A DNA stretch of 64,000 nucleotides from Candidatus Colinaster scatohippi (GCA_018064805.1 JAGHUN010000066.1:1680-65679), one strand, 5' to 3'. Counted from the first letter of the stretch, positions 37,818 through 48,325 are shown. The notes: a model not told the origin generated them from the sequence alone. A program made the numbers and translations.

Positions 37818-38591
37818 TCAGTTTCTTCCCGTCAAAATTTTAGCAATCTGCTCCTGAGTTGCATTCTTAGGAATCTGATGTGTACCTGCTGCTATGTATC
37901 TGTCATAGCCGTTCTGACACAACCACTTATCATACGCTGCCGCATCAGATATCAGTCCGGCACCGGCCAATTTTCTTGCAACTGTATCTGACCCATTTCC
38001 CTTTTCAACAACGATAGTTACAGTGTCACCACTTGCAGGTTTTTCTTCCTTGGCAAGTTCTTCCTTCTTTACCTCTTCCTTGGCAGGCTCTTCCTTCTTC
38101 TCAGGTTCCTTCTTTACCTCTTCCTTGGCAGGTTCTTCCTTCTTTACTTCTTCCTTGGCAGGCTCTTCCTTCTTTACCTCTTCCTTGACAGGCTCTTCCT
38201 TCTTTTCAGGTTCCTTCTTTATTTCTTCCTTAGCAGGTTCTTCCTTCTTTACTTCTTCTTTAGAAGGTTCCGGTGTAACCTCTTCCTTAACTGCTTCAGC
38301 AACTTCAGCAGTATTCTCTTCTTCTGTCACTTCCGGTTGCTCCTCTGTAACAGCTTCTGTTACCTTCGGTTCATATCCTGCAATCTCTTCATATACAAGC
38401 CCCGGTTCTGAAGTTATCGGCTGTCCCAGGTCCATAAGCACTTCGCCGCCCTGAATCATTCCAAGCTCAGCCGCTCTCTTTTTAACCTGTTCATCTGACA
38501 TCTTACTGTTTCTAAGACTTCCGCAAATACAAATTGCAGCGGCAACTATTATTCCTATTCCAATTCCACGTAAATAAAATCTTAATTTCAT
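37818..38591 (-). CDS. Membrane-anchored protein with E/K/P-rich repeats and a YceG/MltG-N-like C-terminal domain
   Basis: N-terminal TM (YLRGIGIGIIV), AAELGM motif, KKEEPAKEEV repeats, C-terminal ...VARKLAGAGLI...GTHQIP...IAKILT. Confidence 0.75.
   Translation of the reverse strand: MKLRFYLRGIGIGIIVAAAICICGSLRNSKMSDEQVKKRAAELGMIQGGEVLMDLGQPITSEPGLVYEEIAGYEPKVTEAVTEEQPEVTEEENTAEVAEAVKEEVTPEPSKEEVKKEEPAKEEIKKEPEKKEEPVKEEVKKEEPAKEEVKKEEPAKEEVKKEPEKKEEPAKEEVKKEELAKEEKPASGDTVTIVVEKGNGSDTVARKLAGAGLISDAAAYDKWLCQNGYDRYIAAGTHQIPKNATQEQIAKILTGRN
38040..38262. repeat. Coding tandem repeat (KKEEPAKEEV-like, about 30-bp unit)
   Basis: Repeated TTCTTCCTTGGCAGGCTCTTCCTTCTTTACC-like units. Confidence 0.85.
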
Positions 38592-38613
38592 GTTATTATT
38601 TCCCAATCAACTA

Positions 38614-39612
38614 TTAAAAACTCTTAAACAGATCAATAACAAGCTTTACTTCACCGACACCAAGTCCAAGTTCCTTGGCAATTGCCATATTGGACTTTCC
38701 TTCCTTATGAAGTGCAAGGATTCTATCATTATTATTCATGCTTCCATTATCGAACATAAGCTCAACATCACTATTAGCTATCGGTTCACTTGCCACTTCA
38801 GGCTCATCAGCCTTCTTAACAGTCTTAACTACCTTTTTTTTCACAGGCTTGGCAGCCTCTTCACCGGCCACCTGCTCAAGCTGCTTGGCAAACATTGAAT
38901 CAAGTTCTGTAGTTTCAGCTACGGCCTTTGATGCCTCTGCATCTGTTTTCTTATTATCTTCCGCCTTTATTACATCTGATGCTTTCGCCTCATCTGCAGA
39001 CTTAGCAGGCTCGGTCTTAATAACCGGAGTATCCTTATCTACGATTGGCTTTGCAACAAATTTAGCTTCTGCCACCGGCTTCTGTACTTCCTGCTTGACT
39101 GCTGCAGGTGACGGAGATTTAACAGCTGCAGGGATAGGAGCCTTAGCCGGAGTTGCTTCAACCTTCTTTTCCGCAACAACTGCAGCCTTAGGTGCTTCAG
39201 CAGACATTCTCTTAACGCTCTTCTCTATCTGATTAATTTCTGCCGCTGTACTCTTAACCTGATTATACTTGCTGTCAATCATATCATATAAGAAAACAGC
39301 TTCATCATGATCCTTATGAATCTGATTCAAAACCGTATCAGAATACTCATTAACCGCCATCATTTTCTCGTTAGTAAGGCGGTCCATGAAACGCTCCATC
39401 TTATCCTTATTTTCAGAAAGTGTTTCCTCATTCACTGCCGAAATTGCACTTTTCACCTTTTTCATTTCTTCCTTAAGTGCATCCTTTACAGCCTGTTCAG
39501 CTATGCTTGCGTCAACTTTTCCTCCTGTTCCTGCTCCACCTGCAGGAATAAAAAAGCTTATTGTAAAAAGTATTGCTCCTACAATCAAAATAATAATCTC
39601 TGCTGCTGTCAT
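38614..39612 (-). CDS. DUF6115/SwrB-like membrane protein with a C-terminal HTH-like motif
   Basis: N-terminal TM, NEKMMAVNEYSDTVL..I, low-complexity linker, C-terminal IAKELGLGVGEVKLVIDL; lies downstream of fliA as swrB does in Bacillus. Confidence 0.7.
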   Translation of the reverse strand: MTAAEIIILIVGAILFTISFFIPAGGAGTGGKVDASIAEQAVKDALKEEMKKVKSAISAVNEETLSENKDKMERFMDRLTNEKMMAVNEYSDTVLNQIHKDHDEAVFLYDMIDSKYNQVKSTAAEINQIEKSVKRMSAEAPKAAVVAEKKVEATPAKAPIPAAVKSPSPAAVKQEVQKPVAEAKFVAKPIVDKDTPVIKTEPAKSADEAKASDVIKAEDNKKTDAEASKAVAETTELDSMFAKQLEQVAGEEAAKPVKKKVVKTVKKADEPEVASEPIANSDVELMFDNGSMNNNDRILALHKEGKSNMAIAKELGLGVGEVKLVIDLFKSF

Positions 39613-39632
39613 ATTTTCCCTCTTTTTATTCC

Positions 39633-39947
39633 TTATATTTTCATATCAAAACCACTATATTTAGGAACCACTTTCCCATCTCGGTTTTGTTCTTCCTTTT
39701 TCTTCTTCTGTCCGTTATTTCCTGAATATTCGTTGCTTCCCTTTTCCTTGGCATCGAACTTCTTTTGATTATTATTTGCATCATCTGCGTTATTTACATT
39801 GGTAAGCTTGACTTCTACCTCCTCACTTAACTGATTATGAATGTGAGTCTGTTCAAGCCCCCCTCTTGTTTCCTCAGCATGACGCATATGATTAAAATCA
39901 TTAATACCGGTCATCGCAGTATTTAATTCAACAATTCCTATCGCCAT
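39633..39947 (-). CDS. Hypothetical protein of the flagellar cluster
   Basis: 104 aa, GGGGG SD, FDAKEKG...FDMKI C-terminus. Confidence 0.75.
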   Translation of the reverse strand: MAIGIVELNTAMTGINDFNHMRHAEETRGGLEQTHIHNQLSEEVEVKLTNVNNADDANNNQKKFDAKEKGSNEYSGNNGQKKKKEEQNRDGKVVPKYSGFDMKI

Positions 39948-39968
39948 ATAATTCCCCCTAAGCTACAT

Positions 39969-41558
39969 TTAGTTCATGCCAACGACACGAACATCGCCTC
40001 TGTCTTTGATAAATCGACAGTATCTTACAGGTTCCTTTATATTTTTCGAAACATCTGAAATGACTATCTTTGTTCCCTGATGAACTACATCATTAACAAT
40101 AACCGCGGATCTCTGTTCATTCTGCAAAAGAATATCAATTTCTTTGAGTTCTTCCTTCAGAGCATGTGTCTCTTTTGCCTTGTCCTTCACTATCTTGCTA
40201 AGACCTTTGATATTATTTATCTGTTCTTCAGATAATTCTATTCCGGCTTCTCTTTTGTCTCTTGCCGCCTCAAGGATAGGTACTGCACGCTTAATTGTTT
40301 TCTCATTACTGTCAAGCTCAGCTTCAATTTCCTTATGCCTTCTCTTTACCGTTGGACTGATACCAATCTCAATAAGCGTATCCGTTCCCATATCAGATCC
40401 CAGAATTTTAGCTTCTACAAGAGTAGTAGCACTTATCTTACCACCGGATATAAAGCCTCTTTTCCCACCGACATGGACCTCTGTTCCTGCCAAAACGGTG
40501 CTATGCATTATCGAGCCCGACTCAACATATCCATCTGCCTCAACAGTCGAGTTCTCGATAAACTGAGCAATTATATTACCACCGGCTTTAAGGACTCCTC
40601 GTCCCATTCCGTTCATGCCTCTTGCTATGGTAATATTTCCACCCGCAATAATTTCTGCTCCTTCAACAACGCCTCTGACTTCAACGTTTCCTTTGGCATG
40701 TATTGAAAAGTTAGTAGCTACATTTCCATTAACCTGGACATTTCCTTCATATTCAATATTACCGGTTGAAGTATTAACATTTTCAACCTGCATAACATTG
40801 CTTACAAACACTCGCCCGTCAATAAGATTAACATGGCCTGAGCAAGTCGCAAAAATCTGATTCTTATCTTCCGAAAGTCTTATATTTTTTCCAAATCGAA
40901 GAACTCTCTTTCTAATTATTGCAGGCTTAATCTTAACACCTGTTACATCACATCCATACTTCCCCGGAACTTCTCTGTACAGTGTTGCAAGAAGATCTCC
41001 CTCATTAACATGATTAATAATATTAAGACTGAAGAAATCTACGCTTCCATCCTCTAACAAAGTTGGTCTCGCTTTTACATCTGTATTGAAATTGTACTCA
41101 ATATAGGCATTTTTACCCTGAACAGCCTCAACGCCCTTTGCTACAATATATTCCTTCTTATAATCTCTCGAATCAAGAAACTCCCTTATAGCATCCTTAT
41201 CAATGCCAAATTTCACGCCTTGAAACTTCAGGTCGCTCATAACTTCCGAGAGATCATATTTCTCTCCATTTTCAGAAGGTGGCATAAATTTAGCCACACA
41301 TAACATGTTATTATCGCGGAATTCAGTTATTACCGCCTCTCTAACAGGAAGTGTTTTTACTCTATTGAGATTAATAACTATTTCCTTATTAAGCGTCTGA
41401 ACAGCTTTATTCAAATCAGGCAGCTGAAAATCTATTCTATTGTAATTCAGATAATCTACAATATCACTAACACTTAAATCGGCGCCACCATCTGTTGCTG
41501 GCGTTAGTCGCAATTTAGCACCGTCGTTACCGCATATTAGCGCGAATTTTGCGTCCAT
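39969..41558 (-). CDS. DUF342/FapA-family protein
   Basis: DGSVDF, TGNIEYEGNV.V.G.V beta-helix repeats, coiled coil; directly downstream of fliA. Confidence 0.88.
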   Translation of the reverse strand: MDAKFALICGNDGAKLRLTPATDGGADLSVSDIVDYLNYNRIDFQLPDLNKAVQTLNKEIVINLNRVKTLPVREAVITEFRDNNMLCVAKFMPPSENGEKYDLSEVMSDLKFQGVKFGIDKDAIREFLDSRDYKKEYIVAKGVEAVQGKNAYIEYNFNTDVKARPTLLEDGSVDFFSLNIINHVNEGDLLATLYREVPGKYGCDVTGVKIKPAIIRKRVLRFGKNIRLSEDKNQIFATCSGHVNLIDGRVFVSNVMQVENVNTSTGNIEYEGNVQVNGNVATNFSIHAKGNVEVRGVVEGAEIIAGGNITIARGMNGMGRGVLKAGGNIIAQFIENSTVEADGYVESGSIMHSTVLAGTEVHVGGKRGFISGGKISATTLVEAKILGSDMGTDTLIEIGISPTVKRRHKEIEAELDSNEKTIKRAVPILEAARDKREAGIELSEEQINNIKGLSKIVKDKAKETHALKEELKEIDILLQNEQRSAVIVNDVVHQGTKIVISDVSKNIKEPVRYCRFIKDRGDVRVVGMN

Positions 41559-41597
41559 AAGAATACCCCATCCCTATTTGCACATCTTACCAATCAA

Positions 41598-42368
41598 CTA
41601 AACTGAGCTTCCCAATATCCCCATATATTTACCCATTTTAGTCTTCATTTTACCCAAAGCCTTTGTATGCAACTGCGAAACTCTTGATTCGGAAACCTCC
41701 AAAACAGCAGCAATTTCTTTAAGAGTCAGCTCATCGTAATAATACATTTGAATAACAAGCTTTTCCTTTTCAGACAGAAGATCCAGCGCCTGTGCCAGAA
41801 CCACCTTAAGTTCTTCTTCTTCATAAGCCTCCTCCGGCTGCATGAAATGTGAAGAAACATTTCTACCATTCGGGACATCGCTTCCTGACTCCATAAACTC
41901 ATTAAGCGAAACCACATTTGTAATCTTAAGCTGTGACTGCCAATCCAGATACTCATCCGCACTAATTCCCAGCGACAATGCAAGTTCTTCATCGGTGGCC
42001 TGTCTTCCATGCTCCGCCTCAAAATCACGCATCGCATTATCTATCTGTTTTTGCTTCTGTCTGACAGTTCTGGGAATCCAGTCCATCTTTCTTATCTGAT
42101 CAAGTATCTCACCTCTGATTCTAAGCGAAGCATACGTTTCAAATTTGTTCTGCTTAGTACAGTCATATTTATCAATAGCATCTATAAGACCGAAGATACC
42201 ATAACTTACCAGATCATCATACTCAACATTGTATCCCAGATACATGCTGAGTCTTCCTGCAACTATCTTAACAAGCGGTGCATATTCTAATATAAGTTTT
42301 TCACGTAAGTCTGCGGAGCGAAGCCTTGCATAATCGCGCCACAGAATATTTCTTGCCGCTTCATCCAT
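41598..42368 (-). CDS. fliA: Flagellar sigma factor FliA/SigD (WhiG family)
   Basis: DDLVSYGIFGLIDAIDK, FETYASLRIRG, DWIPR, LEVSESRVSQLH. Confidence 0.95.
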   Translation of the reverse strand: MDEAARNILWRDYARLRSADLREKLILEYAPLVKIVAGRLSMYLGYNVEYDDLVSYGIFGLIDAIDKYDCTKQNKFETYASLRIRGEILDQIRKMDWIPRTVRQKQKQIDNAMRDFEAEHGRQATDEELALSLGISADEYLDWQSQLKITNVVSLNEFMESGSDVPNGRNVSSHFMQPEEAYEEEELKVVLAQALDLLSEKEKLVIQMYYYDELTLKEIAAVLEVSESRVSQLHTKALGKMKTKMGKYMGILGSSV

Positions 42369-42411
42369 ATATCATCCTCATCACAATACATTAGGGCATT
42401 TACCTCAATGC

Positions 42412-42741
42412 CTATTCTTCTGCTTCCTCTTCTTTTTCTTCCTTTTCTTTAGTCCTTCTGCTGTCCTTAGAGTCTGCAGCAGCACCATCCTTTTCTACAA
42501 CTTTGCCCTCTTCTTCAGCCTCCTCTTCGGCTCTTTTTGCCTCTTCTTCAGCAATCTGAACCTCAAATTTCCAAATGACCTTTTGAACAATAACCCCAAT
42601 TATATAGAAAAGAACAAGTACACCTACCAATATCCACATTGCCGTCTTGGAATCATAACCAAGAAGCCATGTGATGACGCTGGTGAATGCTCCCGCCAAA
42701 AGCATAATAAGCGTTGGCAGTAATTTCATCTGAATGCTCAT
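42412..42741 (-). CDS. Small membrane protein (2 TM plus acidic tail)
   Basis: Two hydrophobic helices and an E/K-rich tail; GAGG SD; between cheD and fliA. Confidence 0.75.
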   Translation of the reverse strand: MSIQMKLLPTLIMLLAGAFTSVITWLLGYDSKTAMWILVGVLVLFYIIGVIVQKVIWKFEVQIAEEEAKRAEEEAEEEGKVVEKDGAAADSKDSRRTKEKEEKEEEAEE

Positions 42742-42783
42742 ATATATTCCTCTGCGTCAATATACAACAATAAGGCAAGCCAC

Positions 42784-43263
42784 CTATATCGTAGTCGGTT
42801 CCTTACCTATTGCTCTTATAAGATATTCACCTGTTTCAGGATAAAATACAACGGTTCTACCGTAATTATTACCTGTGTCTTCAGCAACCAGCCTTATACC
42901 AAGCTGCTTTAATTTTTCCTTGACTGCCGCAACATTTCTCTCACCAACACGAAGCATCGGCGAATCCTTATTAACCGAGAACATCTGCGCACCACCGGCA
43001 ATCTTGGCAATCAGTCTTTCTTTTTTAGCTCCCTCTTTAAGCACCATATCCAAAAGTGCAGTCACACCTGTATCTGCAAATTTGGCAACATTTGAATTAT
43101 TAGCAATCGTTGTGCTATCCGGCAGCATTACATGAACCATGCCGCATACTTTGGCAACAGGGTCATATAAAACCGCTCCAACACAAGATCCAAGTCCAAG
43201 TGTTATGATACTATCAGGACTAGAGCAGACATTCATATCTGCCATTCCTACTTTAACTTCCAC
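42784..43263 (-). CDS. cheD: Chemoreceptor glutamine deamidase CheD
   Basis: TLGLGSCVG, HVMLP, KFADT, AKIAGGAQMF, VGERN, EDTG..YGRT. Confidence 0.95.
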   Translation of the reverse strand: MEVKVGMADMNVCSSPDSIITLGLGSCVGAVLYDPVAKVCGMVHVMLPDSTTIANNSNVAKFADTGVTALLDMVLKEGAKKERLIAKIAGGAQMFSVNKDSPMLRVGERNVAAVKEKLKQLGIRLVAEDTGNNYGRTVVFYPETGEYLIRAIGKEPTTI

Positions 43264-43278
43264 AAAAACCTCCGGTCA

Positions 43279-43896
43279 TTAATCTACCATAACACCCAAC
43301 GCACGTAATATTCTCTCGTATGATTCCATATCCGGTATCATAATAAAGAAACCATCGATTTCAATTTCGTCAGAGATCTGAGACTGAATAAGAATAATCT
43401 TATCTCCCATAATACCGAATTCAATAGCCGGAACGCTAAGAATGGCCCCAGCCATATCAATAGCCAAATCCGGAATAGAAGGATATATACACAAATTTGT
43501 CAGTGAAGATAATGCATTAAGGTATGAACCTGTAATAATATTTGAAATCTCCTTAAAAGCAGATCTCTCCATTTCGCCCATCTCATCACTAGCCATATCA
43601 CCCATCAGTTTCTTTACAAGATGAACGGCAATATCTTTTTTAACAAGAAAAAGAATACTACCTGTGATATCTCCTTCAACAGCCAGAAATGCGCCTGCCA
43701 TTTCCTGTTCTTCACCACCAAGTAATGCTCCTACATCCTTAAAATCCAGCATTTTAACCTGTGGCACCTTCATATCAACCTTACATTGTAACAAAGAAGC
43801 AAGGGCGGTTGTAGCATTACCCGCCCCTATATTACCAAGCTCCTTAAGTACATCGAAGTATTGCGTTGACAGACTTTCCATCGTCAAATCGCTCAT
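43279..43896 (-). CDS. cheC: Chemotaxis phosphatase CheC
   Basis: DVLKELGNIGAGNA and SAFKEISNI (two ExxN sites), DMAGAIL. Confidence 0.94.
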   Translation of the reverse strand: MSDLTMESLSTQYFDVLKELGNIGAGNATTALASLLQCKVDMKVPQVKMLDFKDVGALLGGEEQEMAGAFLAVEGDITGSILFLVKKDIAVHLVKKLMGDMASDEMGEMERSAFKEISNIITGSYLNALSSLTNLCIYPSIPDLAIDMAGAILSVPAIEFGIMGDKIILIQSQISDEIEIDGFFIMIPDMESYERILRALGVMVD

Positions 43897-43900
43897 CGGA

Positions 43901-44365
43901 TTACTCCTCCTTCATTGACTTATCATAGGTTACTGTATCAAGGTCAAGTAACGAAACAAGACCATTTTCAACCTTACCTACACCAAATACAAAATGTGTT
44001 GTCTCATCATTTGCATCAAACTTTGTCTTCTCAATCTGATCTTCTGTTAATGCAACAACTTCCTTAACTGCATCTACAATCAGACCGATTTTTCCATATT
44101 TTTCCATCTTAATGATGATAAATCTTGTGCTCTTTGTCTCCTCGATTTCCTCAAGCCCCATTTTAAGTCTTAAGCTCATAATAGGAACAATCTCACCACG
44201 GATATTAATTACACCCTTAATATAAGGAGCAACATTTGGCACACGTGTCACCTGCTGTGGCCTTACAATATTATCTACATAGCTGATATCAATACCGTAC
44301 ATCTCAGGTCCCATTGCAATCTTAATGTACTGAACAGCTTCTGAATATACTTTCATCTCATCCAT
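43901..44365 (-). CDS. cheW: Chemotaxis coupling protein CheW
   Basis: TRVP...KGVINIRGEIVP, GLIVDAV.EV. Confidence 0.95.
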   Translation of the reverse strand: MDEMKVYSEAVQYIKIAMGPEMYGIDISYVDNIVRPQQVTRVPNVAPYIKGVINIRGEIVPIMSLRLKMGLEEIEETKSTRFIIIKMEKYGKIGLIVDAVKEVVALTEDQIEKTKFDANDETTHFVFGVGKVENGLVSLLDLDTVTYDKSMKEE

Positions 44366-44382
44366 TTTATCTTCCTCCGAAA

Positions 44383-46473
44383 CTAAATCAACGCATTAGG
44401 ATCAACAATAAGAGCAACTTCACCATTACCAAGAATTGTTGCACCACTGATTAACTTACTCTTATTAATGTATTTTCCAAGTGACTTAATAACGATTTCC
44501 TGCTGACCTGTAAGTACATCGATAACAAGACCTGCCATCTTATCACCCTTCTTAACAATTACAACAACAAGATCCTCATCCTCTGCCTTGTCAGACTGGC
44601 ATCCAAGTACTTCATTAAGACGAATAATAGGAATTATTGTTCCTCTTAAGTTGATTACTTCCTTCTGCTGTACAGTCTTAACATCACTAGGCTTAATGCT
44701 CTCGATTGTCTGAATATTGCTAAGTGGAATTGCATACTTCTCACCACCGACAACAACCATAAGAGTCTGTATAATAGCAAGTGTAAGCGGAAGTCTGATA
44801 GTCCATGTACTTCCTACACCTAACTGAGTCTTAACTTCAACTTCACCTGAAAGAGCTTCAATCTTAGACTTAACAACATCAAGACCAACACCTCTTCCCG
44901 AAATATCAGATACAACCTTAGCAGTTGAGAAGCTAGGAAGGAACAGAAGATTAACTGCTTCGTCATCGCTCATCTGGTTAGCCTGCTCTTCTGTAATTAC
45001 GCCACGATCAAGAGCCTTAGCCTTAACAGCATTAACATCGATACCATTACCATCATCTCTAACTTCAATTACTACGTTATTACCATCCTGATATGCATCA
45101 AGGAAAATAGAACCTGCTTCCGGCTTTCCTCTCTCCTTACGGAGTTCAACATCTGCCTCAATACCATGGTCAGCAGAATTACGAAGAAGGTGCATAAGAG
45201 GATCACCAATTTCATCAACCACAGTACGGTCAAGCTCTGTCTCCTCACCGGACATATACAGTTCCATTTTCTTATTAAGCTTCTTCTGAAGATCTCTGAT
45301 CATTCTTGGGAACTTATTAACAACGCTCTCAATAGGAACCATTCGAACCTTCATAACCGATTCGTGGAGGTTTGTTGTTACTGTCTCAAGATATTCAATA
45401 TGCTCATTAATCTCATTAGAATTAGCATCTGTATTACTTGTAGCAGCTGCAACAAGTGAATTCTTAGCAATAATAAGCTCACTTACAAGGTTCATAAGAA
45501 CATCGAGTTTTTCAATATCTACACGAACCGTTCTGTTAACAACAGGCTTCTTCTTCTCAGCCGGCTTGTTAGCTCCTGCTGCCTGATCTGCCGGAGCATT
45601 GCTCTGTGCAACTGCAGGAGTATTTGCAGGCTTGTCATTTGCCTCTTTCGATGCTGCATCCGCAACTGCAGAAGCCGGAACATTAACATCGCCTCCTACA
45701 ACCTTAGCTATCTCCGATACACTCTTAGCTGCTTCAATAACCTTATTAGCATCTGCATCAGTCACAACAATCATGCTGAAATCATAGTCGAACTTCTCAT
45801 CCTCAATATCCTGAGCTGAAGGTACTGATACAATAATTTCTCCAAGTTCCTCAACTGTCTTGAATACAAGAAATGCTCTTGCTGCTTTAAGTATGCAGGC
45901 TTCCTGTACATATACAGTCACACCGATTATATTTTTACCTGCTGCCTTAGCTGCTCCCATAACATGGAGCTGTTCCTCTGAGAAACTAATGTTCTGCCAC
46001 TTATTCTCTCCTGCATCCTCTGCAGCTGCTTCTGCCACAGCATTCTCTGCTGCAGGTGCTGCCTTAGCAGGTGCCTCAGCTTCTGCCGCACCACCATTAA
46101 GGAAACCATTGAGTGCTTTAATAATAGTTTCATTTTCATTAGTACCCTCATCAGCACTTGACTGAATATTATCAAGGTACTCTTCGAGCGCATCCAGACA
46201 CTGGAATACAGTATCAACTATTGCTGAATTTACTTTGATGCTTCCCTCACGAACGCTGGAAAATACATTTTCCATATCATGAGTAAGATTCTGCATTCTC
46301 TTATATCCCATTGTACCTGCCATACCCTTAAGTGAGTGAGCCGCACGGAATATTTCATTGATAGTATCCATGTCATCTGGTGACTGTTCAAGTTCGAGAA
46401 TCTGTGTATTCAGATTCTGCAGGTGTTCTTTTGTCTCGTCTATAAAGACTTCAAGATACTGGCTAACATCCAT
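44383..46473 (-). CDS. cheA: Chemotaxis histidine kinase CheA
   Basis: Hpt FRAAHSLKG, P2 domain, HLLRNSADHG, DDGNG, SGRGVGLDVV, C-terminal CheW domain. Confidence 0.97.
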   Translation of the reverse strand: MDVSQYLEVFIDETKEHLQNLNTQILELEQSPDDMDTINEIFRAAHSLKGMAGTMGYKRMQNLTHDMENVFSSVREGSIKVNSAIVDTVFQCLDALEEYLDNIQSSADEGTNENETIIKALNGFLNGGAAEAEAPAKAAPAAENAVAEAAAEDAGENKWQNISFSEEQLHVMGAAKAAGKNIIGVTVYVQEACILKAARAFLVFKTVEELGEIIVSVPSAQDIEDEKFDYDFSMIVVTDADANKVIEAAKSVSEIAKVVGGDVNVPASAVADAASKEANDKPANTPAVAQSNAPADQAAGANKPAEKKKPVVNRTVRVDIEKLDVLMNLVSELIIAKNSLVAAATSNTDANSNEINEHIEYLETVTTNLHESVMKVRMVPIESVVNKFPRMIRDLQKKLNKKMELYMSGEETELDRTVVDEIGDPLMHLLRNSADHGIEADVELRKERGKPEAGSIFLDAYQDGNNVVIEVRDDGNGIDVNAVKAKALDRGVITEEQANQMSDDEAVNLLFLPSFSTAKVVSDISGRGVGLDVVKSKIEALSGEVEVKTQLGVGSTWTIRLPLTLAIIQTLMVVVGGEKYAIPLSNIQTIESIKPSDVKTVQQKEVINLRGTIIPIIRLNEVLGCQSDKAEDEDLVVVIVKKGDKMAGLVIDVLTGQQEIVIKSLGKYINKSKLISGATILGNGEVALIVDPNALI

Positions 46474-47545
46474 TTTTCGTTACCCCCACGTGTAAAATAA
46501 TCTCCTGTGCCATGTTATCAAGCGAAACCTCCGCATCGGCATATCCGGCCTTAGCAACAGCCTTCGGCATTCCATACACAACACAACTACTACTTTCCTG
46601 TGAAATACAATATATCTTCTTTTTCTCTCTTAAATGACCTATTCCTTCGGTTCCATCAGCACCCATACCGGTCATTACAATACATATAATCTCATCATAA
46701 GAACTATCCATCAGAGATTCATACATATAATTGGCACATGGCTTAACGCCCTCTCTGGCAGGTTCATCTGTATAATGTACTGTCGTTTTCCCCGGCCCTT
46801 TCACAAGATTAAGATGTAATCCCCCTTTGGCTATGTATACACAGCCCTTTTGAAGAACATCTCCCTCTTTCGCTTCAACCACCTTAATCTTACTGATAGT
46901 ATTCATTCTATCTGCAAGACTGGCAGTAAAGCCAACCGGCATATGCTGTACTATTACTACCGGAGCATTCAAATCATCCGGCAAAAACGGAAGTACACTC
47001 TGCAGCGATTTAGGTCCACCTGTAGAAATGGCAATTGCAACCAGCTTTTCTCCACCGGTCTCCGATCTGCTCTTTCTCGCAAGTTGCTCAACCTTTTTAA
47101 CATTCGCCTCTCTTTTATCGCCCGCTACCTTATGATTATTATCAACATTGGCCCTACAGACTGCATCAAGCAAGCGAAGTAATTGGCTGGAGAAACTTTC
47201 ATCCTTACACTTAAAAGACCATTCCGGCTTATGAATAAAATCCAGGGCTCCAAGTTCAAGGGCATCCATTGTAACCTGTGCCCCTTCCATTGTAGCTGTA
47301 CTGGCCATCATCACCTTCGCATTTATGCCTTCCTGTCGAAGTCTGCGAAGCAGCTCAATACCGCCCATCACCGGCATATTCACATCCAGAACTACTGCGT
47401 CATACTGATTCTTACGAAGTAATTCCAATGCCTCTGCACCATTTTTGGCTTCATCAGCAATTGAAAATCTGTCATCTCCATTGATTATATCACTAAACAC
47501 CCTTCTCATGAGTGCAGAGTCATCAACTAGCAATATTTTTTTCAT
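46463..47545 (-). CDS. cheB: Chemotaxis methylesterase CheB
   Basis: REC domain plus STGGP, VQHMP, MTGMGADG catalytic motifs. Confidence 0.96.
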   Translation of the reverse strand: MKKILLVDDSALMRRVFSDIINGDDRFSIADEAKNGAEALELLRKNQYDAVVLDVNMPVMGGIELLRRLRQEGINAKVMMASTATMEGAQVTMDALELGALDFIHKPEWSFKCKDESFSSQLLRLLDAVCRANVDNNHKVAGDKREANVKKVEQLARKSRSETGGEKLVAIAISTGGPKSLQSVLPFLPDDLNAPVVIVQHMPVGFTASLADRMNTISKIKVVEAKEGDVLQKGCVYIAKGGLHLNLVKGPGKTTVHYTDEPAREGVKPCANYMYESLMDSSYDEIICIVMTGMGADGTEGIGHLREKKKIYCISQESSSCVVYGMPKAVAKAGYADAEVSLDNMAQEIILHVGVTKNGC

Positions 47546-47575
47546 GTTTTCTCCATATAATCCCATGAAACAGAT

Positions 47576-48307
47576 TTAATATCCACGTTCGCGACGTCTG
47601 TTACGTCTCTCCTCATCAAAAATAAACTGGATTATTTCTTCTCTCTCATCATTATCAAGATTCATATACTGAACCCTATGCTCATATTCTCCCGGCTTAT
47701 TGGGCAATTCTTTTACATCAAGAATCTTGCACACAATTTCATAATCTCTCGAGTTACCCTTAATCATAAGATGATATCTGCACAGGATAAAACTATCCTT
47801 GTCATATTTATAATCAGATACAAATCTAAGTCCACCACCACTAATATCAGCGATAACACTCCTTTTTAGAGGCAGCCCGGGTACAAGACGATATCCACCA
47901 TTATTAGCTTCATTCTCCTTAACCTCTTCCTCACAAAGATTACGAGTATCCATATCAAGCGCACAGCTGTATCTGTAATATTCTCTTCTCTGATACTTTC
48001 TAAGATTAGTCTCAAGTTCAAAAAGCAGAATATATACATTATTTCCTTTGTATCGATCAATAACGCGGCCTATGCATTCGTACAACCCACTTTCTGTATA
48101 AAAGAACATCTCATATTCTCCGTCTACAGGTAAAAGAATGAGTTTTGACTGCTCAATAGGCATAAATATCTCTACTCTGTCTTCTGATATAATATCGCAT
48201 ACCCTTGTTGTGTAGGCCTTATCTATATTAGTCTCACTTTTCTGATTAGTTCTTTTTACTGCCTTAAGTTCAATTTTCTGTCCCGGCGAAATATACTTTT
48301 CAATCAT
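47576..48307 (-). CDS. Flagellar brake protein (YcgR/MotI-like, PilZ domain)
   Basis: QRREYYR and DISGGG PilZ motifs after an N-terminal YcgR-like domain; inside the flagellar operon. Confidence 0.88.
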   Translation of the reverse strand: MIEKYISPGQKIELKAVKRTNQKSETNIDKAYTTRVCDIISEDRVEIFMPIEQSKLILLPVDGEYEMFFYTESGLYECIGRVIDRYKGNNVYILLFELETNLRKYQRREYYRYSCALDMDTRNLCEEEVKENEANNGGYRLVPGLPLKRSVIADISGGGLRFVSDYKYDKDSFILCRYHLMIKGNSRDYEIVCKILDVKELPNKPGEYEHRVQYMNLDNDEREEIIQFIFDEERRNRRRERGY

Positions 48308-48325
48308 AAGATCCCCCTACCTGTA

